64,000 nucleotides of DNA. Source: Flavobacteriaceae bacterium UBA2765. GTDB taxonomy: Bacteria > Bacteroidota > Bacteroidia > Flavobacteriales > Flavobacteriaceae. Of the stretch, positions 50,356-58,671 are shown piece after piece. Under the pieces are notes generated by a model. That model was not told the origin of the DNA and did no database searches. It saw nothing but the letters and a program-made list of their open reading frames with translations. Each line of letters opens with the position of its first letter. The stretch's first letter is position 1. Location: the NCBI GenBank assembly GCA_002352665.1, contig DEIV01000007.1:39766-103765 (forward strand). The letters run 5' to 3'. Both the position numbers and the translations under genes were made by a program.

Positions 50356-51717
50356 TTATTTTGTCACTAATAGTTTTCCTGTTAGTATTTCATCTTTATA
50401 TTTTACACGAACAATATAAATACCTTCATTCCAGCCTGCTGTTTGTATTTTTATGCTTTTACTTTTCAGTTTGTCTTTTTTTAATTTTTGAACATTCATG
50501 AGGTCGTAAATTTCTAAATCCCATTCTCCAATTTTATCAAAAGTTGTTTCGGCTGATGACGATTTCTGATCCGTTTCTTCCGGGTTACCTTGTTCAATAG
50601 AAACTGTGGTTTCACCGTAGGTGGGGTTAGGGTAAAAACTTAGATAATAATTTTGCATTATCTGGTAAGACTCGCTATGCCAATTCCCTTCTCCACATGG
50701 GTTATGAGCCCTGACGTAAACAGTTTCATAGCCGTAACTGTAAGGAGGTACAAATACCACAGAAACCATATCTTTATCTTCCGTTTCAAAATGACTCCAA
50801 CCAGAACTGTAATTCCAGTCATAATCATCAATACCCATAACGGTTTCATCTACAGCATAAGTTTTGGTTGTAACCCACAGAACATTTTGTTCCCCAGCTA
50901 CAAAAAAATCCTGTCCACTATAATTTGAATTTTGAATATCCAATTCATTAGGTGAAGGTGGGCCTGCCCACAAGTTTTTTTGAGTAGAATAGCCAGATAC
51001 TGTTGCCTTTATCCATCCGATTCCTGAACCACTTGCAGAAAAGTTACAAGGATTCGAGCCTTGAGATGAGTTCATAGTAATATTACTACTTTTGCTCCAA
51101 GTAATAGTTGATCCACTAGGAAGATTATTCATAGTAAAAGGAGATCCTGCTGAACAAATTATATCAGGTCCAGATATTGAAGGTGGTGTGAAATTTCTTT
51201 TATAATATTTTAAAACAGAGGAATTATATGGAGTATAGGTAGGATTATGCCTCATTAAAGGCCATTGCCCCCATTTTGAATCATATTTTCCTGAAACGAC
51301 TGATTCAATTGCTGAATGATCATCACTTGCATAGGATATTTTTTCCGCCTCCGTTGAGGAGATTTCAATATAACTACCATCCTGCCAATATTTATCATCA
51401 CCAGGTGTATTCATCCAATAATTTGTACAACCTGTACATTCTGTCAAATACCATGCATACGCATGGCAATTATATGTTGTTGAAGCATCGTTTATTATTG
51501 TTGCATTAGGAAATGCCGCTGCCGCTTGAGCGTTAGTGGCAATAATCTGGCTTTGCGACATTTCATTAAATATTAATACAGTTACTGGTGTACCATTTGG
51601 AGTGTACACAGTTGTTGATTGTGCAAAAGAGCTGTTTAAAGGAAATAATAAAGCATAGAGACTTACTATTACAGATAAGTTTGTTGGTAATTTAAGGAAT
51701 TTAAAATTGGTTTGCAT
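50356..51717 (-). CDS. T9SS type A cargo protein with a putative papain-like Cys/His domain and an Ig-like linker
   Basis: Signal peptide (NSSFA-Q); YNC84HAYAW, DH134SAI and SKWG..PLMRH; C-terminal T9SS signal FYPNPT...GWNEGIYIVRV...TGKLLV. Confidence 0.85.
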   Translation of the reverse strand: MQTNFKFLKLPTNLSVIVSLYALLFPLNSSFAQSTTVYTPNGTPVTVLIFNEMSQSQIIATNAQAAAAFPNATIINDASTTYNCHAYAWYLTECTGCTNYWMNTPGDDKYWQDGSYIEISSTEAEKISYASDDHSAIESVVSGKYDSKWGQWPLMRHNPTYTPYNSSVLKYYKRNFTPPSISGPDIICSAGSPFTMNNLPSGSTITWSKSSNITMNSSQGSNPCNFSASGSGIGWIKATVSGYSTQKNLWAGPPSPNELDIQNSNYSGQDFFVAGEQNVLWVTTKTYAVDETVMGIDDYDWNYSSGWSHFETEDKDMVSVVFVPPYSYGYETVYVRAHNPCGEGNWHSESYQIMQNYYLSFYPNPTYGETTVSIEQGNPEETDQKSSSAETTFDKIGEWDLEIYDLMNVQKLKKDKLKSKSIKIQTAGWNEGIYIVRVKYKDEILTGKLLVTK

Positions 51718-52438
51718 AATCTAATATTATATTTAAGGTTTCTATATTATTGTTTAGTTCAACATCATTTATAAAGATGTTCATAAAGTTATTAGTAGCT
51801 ATTTCTTCTAAAAAAGGGGCATAGTTTTCAAGAACCATTACTCTGGCCATGATTAGTGCCTCTACTTTTAGATTAAAAATACTATATGGGTCTCCGATTC
51901 TCTTAAACTCAATATATTTATTAATTGCTTCATTTAAAAGTTCCCTTCTTTCGGCGGGAGTCAATTGTTCTATAAAAATATTTTGGGCTTGTACCATACT
52001 CATGTAAATGAAAAACAAGCTGTAATCTACTATATCAGTATTGTTAGGAGGACAAGAAGGGTTCATTAGTTTAAAACGGTTCAACATTAAGCGACCTGCC
52101 TCGTTTCTTGATTCAAGTGTAATGAATCCATTAAAATTATTCATTTGACTTTCAGTACCTTTTTGAATACTTTCAAATGCAAGCATACTACTTAACAAAG
52201 GGTAGTCCAAGCACGTTTCAACCAAGCCGTAAGTACTGATACTTGTAAGTTTATCTTCAGGTAACTGAAGGATGTCAATCATTTCTTGTCCACTAGTCAA
52301 TTCTTCCCATTCGGGCATCCCTGGCCTTACAGGAAATATATATTGGTCGGATGGCTTAGGAGAGAAAGTCAAACAAATTTCCTCATCATGCTTATTACAA
52401 GCTATCAATATGACGAATAATATATATATATATTTCAT
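51701..52438 (-). CDS. Uncharacterised lipoprotein, paralog of 52435-53154
   Basis: Lipobox LIAC; YIFPVRPGMPEW, QLPEDKLTSISTYGLVETCLDYPLL and FNG; overlaps the T9SS gene by 17 nt. Confidence 0.85.
   Translation of the reverse strand: MKYIYILFVILIACNKHDEEICLTFSPKPSDQYIFPVRPGMPEWEELTSGQEMIDILQLPEDKLTSISTYGLVETCLDYPLLSSMLAFESIQKGTESQMNNFNGFITLESRNEAGRLMLNRFKLMNPSCPPNNTDIVDYSLFFIYMSMVQAQNIFIEQLTPAERRELLNEAINKYIEFKRIGDPYSIFNLKVEALIMARVMVLENYAPFLEEIATNNFMNIFINDVELNNNIETLNIILDYANQF
52420..52433. repeat. (AT)7 simple sequence repeat in the first codons of the lipoprotein gene
   Basis: ATATATATATATAT within MKYIYIL. Confidence 0.8.
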
Positions 52439-53154
52439 TCTATAAACATTCGTCCTTTTTCCATTATATCGTCAATGATAGCCAAATCAACAAGCAGACC
52501 TTTTTCAATAAAAATACTTTTAGCAAAATTAGCTTTGTCACTCTCTAGGTTTTGCGAGGTATCAGACTCCAAAGATCTCCCCATTACCCATATCGAAATA
52601 GAGGTGCCATGTGTGCTAAAAATAGAAATATGTTTTTGCTTAGAATTATACTTATCAAAACACAATTTTACCAAGTCTTTTTTCTCAGCCACTATTAAAG
52701 TAGATAAAATAACCTTTTGGGCAAGAAAGGTTTCAATATACGAAAACTCAAATGTAAAGTTTCCTTTTTGTTCATCTGTCCATTCAGAATTATAATTATT
52801 AGGAGACATTTTCGAGTAAACTTTTATTAATTCGGTTCCTGAATCTTTTCTACTTATTAATTCTTGAATACCATTGAATTTTTTTGTCAAAGCATTAAAA
52901 CCTGTCTGCAAATCGTCATATGCGAATAGGGTGCTTAAAAGCGGATAATTTAAACATGTTGTTACTAAATCTCCAGTCGACATTGATTTTAACATTTCTT
53001 CAGGTATTTGACAAGCCAAATACATTTCTTCAGAATTATTAAATTGCTTCCATTCTTCATCTCCAGGTCTTATTGGAAAATTATAAGGTTGGCTATACAT
53101 GTTTATAGCGAACACACAAAAGAGTACAAATAGATAATTGATTTTTTCTTTCAT
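52435..53154 (-). CDS. Uncharacterised exported protein, paralog of 51701-52438
   Basis: SPI-type signal (AINMYS-Q); YNFPIRPGDEEW, QIPEEMLKSMSTGDLVTTCLNYPLL and FNG; ATGA overlap with the next gene. Confidence 0.85.
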   Translation of the reverse strand: MKEKINYLFVLFCVFAINMYSQPYNFPIRPGDEEWKQFNNSEEMYLACQIPEEMLKSMSTGDLVTTCLNYPLLSTLFAYDDLQTGFNALTKKFNGIQELISRKDSGTELIKVYSKMSPNNYNSEWTDEQKGNFTFEFSYIETFLAQKVILSTLIVAEKKDLVKLCFDKYNSKQKHISIFSTHGTSISIWVMGRSLESDTSQNLESDKANFAKSIFIEKGLLVDLAIIDDIMEKGRMFIE

Positions 53155-53300
53155 TGTTTTTAATATTTTAAAAGTTAGATTTTTAGTTTATATTTTTATA
53201 AAATATTTCCCTCTAGACAACTAATTGTTCCTAATGAGTTTCTCAACAACTTTGATTTATCTAATACAAGTTTTAGGATTCTATATTTAGAAGATAGTAA

Positions 53301-53308
53301 CAAAGTTA
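53301..53308 (-). promoter_or_regulatory. -7 promoter box for the three-gene cassette
   Basis: TAACTTTG on the minus strand, about 147 nt upstream of the 53154 start. Confidence 0.55.
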
Positions 53309-53551
53309 CTAAATTGCGAATTATAGTTTTATGACTTTTATCATAATTCAAAATCAATTGAGTGTATGAGATAAACGGTTTGGTAAACCAGTAATTTTAT
53401 TATGGTTTTCCCGTAAAAAAGATAGTTCGTTAAATAGAATTAACTAATCATAAAAAATTCTCTATATAAGCGTGTTCGTAAAACTAAGGGGGAAAAGCAA
53501 GAGGGTAACACGCTACGCGATGTTACTAATCTATAATTTACTGTTTTTTTG

Positions 53552-53626
53552 TCGGGGTGGCAGGATTCGAACCTGCGGCCTCCACGTCCCAAACGTGGCG
53601 CGATAACCGGGCTACGCTACACCCCG
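53552..53626 (-). tRNA. tRNA-Pro(TGG)
   Basis: CGGGGTGTAGCGTAGCCCGGTTATCGCG-CCACG-TTTGGGA-CGTGG..GGTTCGAATCC..CACCCCGA. Confidence 0.97.
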
Positions 53627-53717
53627 AAATGGTTATCAAACTTTTATAATAACCCTGTAACAATTTTTGTTACTTTTCAATACATCAAAGCGTAGTTTAT
53701 CCCGCATTTGATGCGGG

Positions 53718-53742
53718 GCTACACCCTGAATAGGTTATCAAA
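53718..53742 (-). repeat. Duplicated tRNA-Pro 5' end plus upstream flank
   Basis: GCTACACCCTGAATAGGTTATCAAA vs 53616-53640 GCTACACCCCGAAATGGTTATCAAA (22/25), adjacent to the hairpin CCCGCAT-ttg-ATGCGGG. Confidence 0.8.
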
Positions 53743-53904
53743 AATATGAAAGAAGAGATTAACTTCGTTGATCCCTTTTACCACATTCTGCTAATAGAAT
53801 TGGAAATGTGCCTAAGGCACATTTAAATCTTTTAGAATAAAAACCAATTCAAGCGAGCTTGATTAATTTTTATTTCAAAAAGCTTAATCAATTCTATTTG
53901 ATTG

Positions 53905-53991
53905 CGGAGAGGAAGGGATTCGAACCCCCGGTACCCGTAAAGGTACAACTCCTTAGCAGGGAGCCCCGATCGACCACTCCGGCACCTCTCC
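53905..53991 (-). tRNA. tRNA-Ser(GCT)
   Basis: GGAGAGGTGCCGGAGTGG..CTCC-CTGCTAA-GGAG, long variable arm GTACC-TTTACG-GGTAC, GGTTCGAATCC..CCTCTCCG. Confidence 0.97.
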
Positions 53992-54025
53992 AAAATTAAT
54001 GAACATCACTTTTTTTAAGTGGCTG

Positions 54026-54033
54026 CAAATGTA
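54026..54033 (-). promoter_or_regulatory. -7 promoter box for the tRNA-Ser/Pro operon
   Basis: TACATTTG on the minus strand, followed by CAGCC, 34 nt from tRNA-Ser. Confidence 0.8.
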
Positions 54034-54205
54034 ATAAATTTGATGATTTACCACCTAATATTTTTATAATATTTTACAAGAAATTAGTAAATACCTTTAT
54101 TTAAGAATCTAAATAAATAATATTTAACATCTTATAAGCTTTCATTGTTCAGAATATATTATAAATTTAGTGATTATAATTAGCAATAACTTAAACAAAT
54201 TATAC

Positions 54206-54676
54206 ATGATTACATTAACAATTAATAGCAAAAAACATCAAATTGATGTAGATTCTAACATGCCCTTATTATGGGCAATTAGAGATTTTGCAGAGTTAAC
54301 AGGAACCAAATATGGTTGTGGAACAGGAGTCTGTGGTTCTTGTACCGTGTTAATTGATGGAGATCCAATCAGGTCTTGCTTAACTCCTGTTTCTGAAGTT
54401 GAAGGTAAAAGTATCCTTACTATAGAAGGTGTTGAAAATGAAAACAAAGTGTTACAAGAAGTCTGGGAAGAGCTTAATGTACCTCAATGCGGATATTGTC
54501 AATCGGGCCAAATCATATCTGCCCTAGCTTTGCTAAATAAAAATACCAATCCAACCGATAAAGATATTGACGCAGCAATGAGTGGAAATATTTGTAGATG
54601 TGGAACCTATAAAAGGATAAGAAGTGCAATCCATAAAACTGCTGAATTGAATAATGCTAAAACCGAAATAGAATGA
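54206..54676 (+). CDS. (2Fe-2S)-binding subunit, isoquinoline 1-oxidoreductase alpha (IorA)-like
   Basis: GTKYGCGTGVCGSCTV, RSCLT, QCGYCQSG and GNICRCGTY; ATG 54206 preferred. Confidence 0.93.
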   Translation: MITLTINSKKHQIDVDSNMPLLWAIRDFAELTGTKYGCGTGVCGSCTVLIDGDPIRSCLTPVSEVEGKSILTIEGVENENKVLQEVWEELNVPQCGYCQSGQIISALALLNKNTNPTDKDIDAAMSGNICRCGTYKRIRSAIHKTAELNNAKTEIE

Positions 54677-56871
54677 ACCCAATCCAAAAAATTACAAGAA
54701 GAGGTTTTATTAGAAGTGTAGGACTAGCCTCGGGTGGTTTAATCATAGCCTGTAATGTACCTTCATCAACTGAAAAGAGTCCAATGAAAAGAGCTTTTAA
54801 TGGCAAAACATTTGAACCCAATCTATTTATTCAATTAAAAGATAATGGCGATTTAATTTTAATTGCCTCACGATCTGAAATGGGGCAAGGTATTCGTACC
54901 GCATTAACGTCTGTTATTGCTGATGAAATGGATGCTGATTGGAATTTGGTAAGTGTTGAGCAAGCTATCGGGCATCCAAAATATGGAAACCAAAATACTG
55001 ATGGATCTCGAAGCGTGAGAACACTTTATGAAACAATGCGTAAAATGGGTGCTACTGCCAGAGCAATGTTAATTACAGCTGCTGCTAATAAATGGAATGT
55101 AGATCAATCTACCTTAATAACGGAAAATCATTATGTAATTGATACAACAAATAATAAAAAATTATTTTATGGTGATTTGTTACATGAAGCTGCAGAAATT
55201 GCCATTCCTGAAAATCCAATTTTAAAAGATCGAAAGGATTTTAAATATATAGGCAAAGGTCTAAAAAGTATCGATGGTGCGGGTTTTGCATCTGGCAAAC
55301 CAAAATACGGAATGGATATCAAAATACCGGAAATGAAATATGTTGCAATTACAAGGTGTCCTGTCACTTTTGGAACGGTCAAAAGTTTTGATAAAACAAA
55401 AACTATGGCCATTAACGGGGTTGTTGATGTTATTGAAATACCAAGAATTGCTAAACCCTTTGGAGTTTTAGGTGGTGTGGTAGTTATCGCAAATAATACA
55501 TGGGCTGCTTTTAAAGGAAAAGAAGCATTAGAAATAGTATGGGATAACGGAAACAATAAAGGATATAATAGTGATGCATATGCGAAAATGATAACCGATA
55601 ACGTACATAAAAAAGGGAAAGAAATACGGAATGATGGTAATGTACATAAGGCATTTAAAAATGCTGCACATATTGTTGAAAGTACTTATAATTTGCCGCA
55701 TTTAGTTCATGCACCTATGGAAGTACCAAATGCAACCGCTATAATTAAAGACGGTAAATGTGAAGTTTGGGCACCAACTCAAGACCCACAAACAGCAAGG
55801 AAAGAAATAGCTGACTATTTAGAAATAGATGAAGAAAATGTGATTGTAAATATTACTTTTTTAGGTGGTGGATTTGGTAGAAAATCTAAACCCGATTTTA
55901 TGGTAGAAGCTGTGGCTGTTGCTAAAGCAATAAATGCTCCTGTTCAGGTGATATGGACCCGTGAAGATGATATTCAGCACAGCTATTACCATGCAGTTAG
56001 TGCACAATATATGAAAGCTTCATTAGATGATAATGGAAATGTTACCGGTTGGCTGCATAGGGTAGCCTATCCATCTATTACATCAACATTTGCTCCTGAT
56101 ACGGGTTATGCTGCAGGCTTTGAATTTGGTATGGGCTTAACAAATATTCCTTATCAAATAGATAATGTACGTTGCGAAAATGGTAAAGCTCTTGCCCATG
56201 TAAGAATAGGATGGTTCCGTTCAGTAATTAATATCATACAAAGTTTTTCTGTAAATATTTTTGTTGATGAATTGGCTGCCAAAGCGGGTAAAGATTCATT
56301 ACAATTTAGATTAGATTTAATAGGAAAAGACCATATAGTAGAATCAGATTCCGGATATCATTTTGATAATGCAAAACTGAAAAACGTATTAAAAACTGCT
56401 GCAAAAAATGCAGATTATGGTAAAAAGCTACCTGAGGGACACGGAATGGGAATAGCCATTCACTATAGTTTTTTAACCTATGTAGCATCTATTGTAGAAG
56501 TTTCTGTTATTGATGGCAAGCTAAAAATTCACAAAATATCTTCAGTTATTGATTGTGGTACGGCAGTAAATACGGATACCATTAAATCTCAAATGGAAGG
56601 TGCAGCAATTTTTGGTATGTCTTTGGCTTATTATGGTAAAATAACGGCTAAAGAAGGTGCCATTGAACAAAGTAATTATCACGATTACCAAATGCTACGC
56701 ATTCATCAAACTCCTGATATTAATGTAGAAATTATTAGTAGCCATGAGAAACCAACAGGAGTTGGAGAACCTGGCGTTCCTCCAATAGCACCGGCCATAA
56801 TTAATGCTATTTATAATGCTACAGGTAAACGTTATTATTCGTTACCATTATCAGATCATGGATTGGTTTAG
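54673..56871 (+). CDS. Molybdopterin-binding subunit, xanthine dehydrogenase family (IorB-like), Tat-exported
   Basis: Twin-Arg ITRRGFIRSVG; RSEMGQG, TDGSRS, HAPME, LGGGFGRK and GVGEPGVPP. Confidence 0.92.
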   Translation: MNPIQKITRRGFIRSVGLASGGLIIACNVPSSTEKSPMKRAFNGKTFEPNLFIQLKDNGDLILIASRSEMGQGIRTALTSVIADEMDADWNLVSVEQAIGHPKYGNQNTDGSRSVRTLYETMRKMGATARAMLITAAANKWNVDQSTLITENHYVIDTTNNKKLFYGDLLHEAAEIAIPENPILKDRKDFKYIGKGLKSIDGAGFASGKPKYGMDIKIPEMKYVAITRCPVTFGTVKSFDKTKTMAINGVVDVIEIPRIAKPFGVLGGVVVIANNTWAAFKGKEALEIVWDNGNNKGYNSDAYAKMITDNVHKKGKEIRNDGNVHKAFKNAAHIVESTYNLPHLVHAPMEVPNATAIIKDGKCEVWAPTQDPQTARKEIADYLEIDEENVIVNITFLGGGFGRKSKPDFMVEAVAVAKAINAPVQVIWTREDDIQHSYYHAVSAQYMKASLDDNGNVTGWLHRVAYPSITSTFAPDTGYAAGFEFGMGLTNIPYQIDNVRCENGKALAHVRIGWFRSVINIIQSFSVNIFVDELAAKAGKDSLQFRLDLIGKDHIVESDSGYHFDNAKLKNVLKTAAKNADYGKKLPEGHGMGIAIHYSFLTYVASIVEVSVIDGKLKIHKISSVIDCGTAVNTDTIKSQMEGAAIFGMSLAYYGKITAKEGAIEQSNYHDYQMLRIHQTPDINVEIISSHEKPTGVGEPGVPPIAPAIINAIYNATGKRYYSLPLSDHGLV

Positions 56872-56934
56872 TAAGCTGTTAATAACTAGGCAATAATTAT
56901 ATAGTTTTAAAATTTGCAATTTAGAGAGGTTTTG

Positions 56935-56942
56935 TATTTTTG
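56935..56942 (+). promoter_or_regulatory. -7 promoter box for the transketolase gene
   Basis: TATTTTTG, 22 nt upstream of ATG 56965. Confidence 0.55.
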
Positions 56943-56964
56943 AGACGTTTAAAACTAAAAAATA

Positions 56965-57810
56965 ATGTCCAGAATACAGGAATTACAAAATTTTACCACA
57001 CAAGTAAGAAGAGATATATTACGAATGGTGCATGCCGTAAATTCAGGACATCCTGGAGGTTCTTTGGGCTGTGCAGAATTTCTTACGGTGCTATATCAAG
57101 AGGTCATGCATTATTCGACCAATTTTTCCATGGACGGAAAAGATGAAGATTTATTCTTTTTATCAAATGGTCATATTTCTCCGGTATATTATAGTGTGTT
57201 GGCTCATAGTGGATTTTTCCCCGTTAAAGAATTAGCTACATTTAGAAAATTAAATACTCGTTTACAAGGACATCCTACAACGCATGAAGGGTTACCCGGT
57301 GTTAGAATTGCTTCAGGCTCTCTCGGACAAGGTATGTCGGTTGCCATAGGTGCAGCACAAGCGAAAAAATTAAATGGTGATGATTCTTTGATCTATACCC
57401 TTCACGGGGATGGTGAGTTACAAGAAGGTCAAGTTTGGGAAGCCATGATGTACGCGGCAGGTAAAAAAGTAGATAATCTTATTTCAACAGTAGATTATAA
57501 CGGGCAGCAAATAGATGGATCTACAGATAATGTTATGCCAATGGGCGATTTAAAAGCAAAATTTGAAGCTTTTGGATGGGATGTGTTAGAAATAAAAGAA
57601 GGTAATGATATTGAAGCCATCATAATGGGATTAAAAGAAGCCAAAAGTAGAACCGGAAAAGGAAAACCCGTTTGTATATTACTTCATACTGTAATGGGTA
57701 ATGGTGTTGATTTTATGATGCACACTCACGCCTGGCATGGTAAAGCTCCTAATGATGAGCAATTAGCTATTGGCTTAGCACAAAATGCTGAAACACTAGG
57801 CGATTATTAA
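56965..57810 (+). CDS. tkt: Transketolase, N-terminal (TPP-binding) subunit
   Basis: SGHPGGSL, LSNGH, LQGHP, GSLGQG, GDGELQEG..WEA and WHGKAP; 281 aa, i.e. a split enzyme. Confidence 0.93.
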   Translation: MSRIQELQNFTTQVRRDILRMVHAVNSGHPGGSLGCAEFLTVLYQEVMHYSTNFSMDGKDEDLFFLSNGHISPVYYSVLAHSGFFPVKELATFRKLNTRLQGHPTTHEGLPGVRIASGSLGQGMSVAIGAAQAKKLNGDDSLIYTLHGDGELQEGQVWEAMMYAAGKKVDNLISTVDYNGQQIDGSTDNVMPMGDLKAKFEAFGWDVLEIKEGNDIEAIIMGLKEAKSRTGKGKPVCILLHTVMGNGVDFMMHTHAWHGKAPNDEQLAIGLAQNAETLGDY

Positions 57811-57862
57811 TATCAAATTTAAATTACTAAAACTTTCTCCAAAGGGAATTGAATAATGTGGC

Positions 57863-58579
57863 TTACTGTTGCGTATAGTAATTATAATCTTTAATCACAA
57901 TATCAATAAACTCAATAGGTTTCAATTCAGTTTTAATATCTGTTATCTGAATAATTTTGTTATGTAGTTTAACTATAACATTATGATTCCCTTTTCTCTT
58001 GGCTGTGCTATACATCTCTTTAATTGATTGAATATCTGTATCCGATAGTGTAGTTACCTGAGGAAAAGTAGGGACATAATCTTCAGGAATATCAGCAATT
58101 AAGGTATCGTGTATACTAATTCGTTTTTTTTCTGAAATAATAGTTGTCCCGGCAGCAATATCACCTAAACGCTGTCCTTTTCCATTTAACAGAATAGTCA
58201 ATAAAGCAATTGACCCACCGGCAAGATCTATGTCTATTAAACGAAGCATCCATCTTAGTAAATAACTACCAAATGTTGGTTTAGATCCGTCAATTTTTAC
58301 AACCCTAATTTTATTGGCATATTTACCGGGAGTTTGACCATTCATCAATACTTCAAATAATAAACTATAAAAAAATACAGGCAACCCTAATATAGAATAT
58401 ACAAACCAAAGATCCATGCTAGGAGGTAGGTCTAAAGCATTCATTATCCAAATTAATATAATATAATAGCCTACAATTATCAATAAATCTAGAACAAAAG
58501 ATCCTATTCTGGTACTTACATTGGCTACATTTTGATGAATACTTACATTTTGAGCAGTTTCTATTTGAAAATTATCCAT
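57863..58579 (-). CDS. RDD family protein
   Basis: RIGSFVLD, GQTPGK...IRVV, LLRW and QRLGDIAAGT. Confidence 0.9.
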   Translation of the reverse strand: MDNFQIETAQNVSIHQNVANVSTRIGSFVLDLLIIVGYYIILIWIMNALDLPPSMDLWFVYSILGLPVFFYSLLFEVLMNGQTPGKYANKIRVVKIDGSKPTFGSYLLRWMLRLIDIDLAGGSIALLTILLNGKGQRLGDIAAGTTIISEKKRISIHDTLIADIPEDYVPTFPQVTTLSDTDIQSIKEMYSTAKRKGNHNVIVKLHNKIIQITDIKTELKPIEFIDIVIKDYNYYTQQ

Positions 58580-58671
58580 TTTTACGTTTATTTGTACAAA
58601 TAGTATTTGATATTTATCTACCGGCGAATATAAAAATAATCTACTATTTTCAAATCATTAAAATGATATAA

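Larger units (their letters stand above)
41134..53551. mobile_element. Stacked integrase-less islands inserted at the 3' end of tRNA-Pro
   Basis: Exact copies of the tRNA-Pro 3' end at 49898-49916 and 50077-50093 and a decayed copy at 41237-41254; accessory cargo; an IS fragment; no recombinase ORF visible. Confidence 0.75.
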
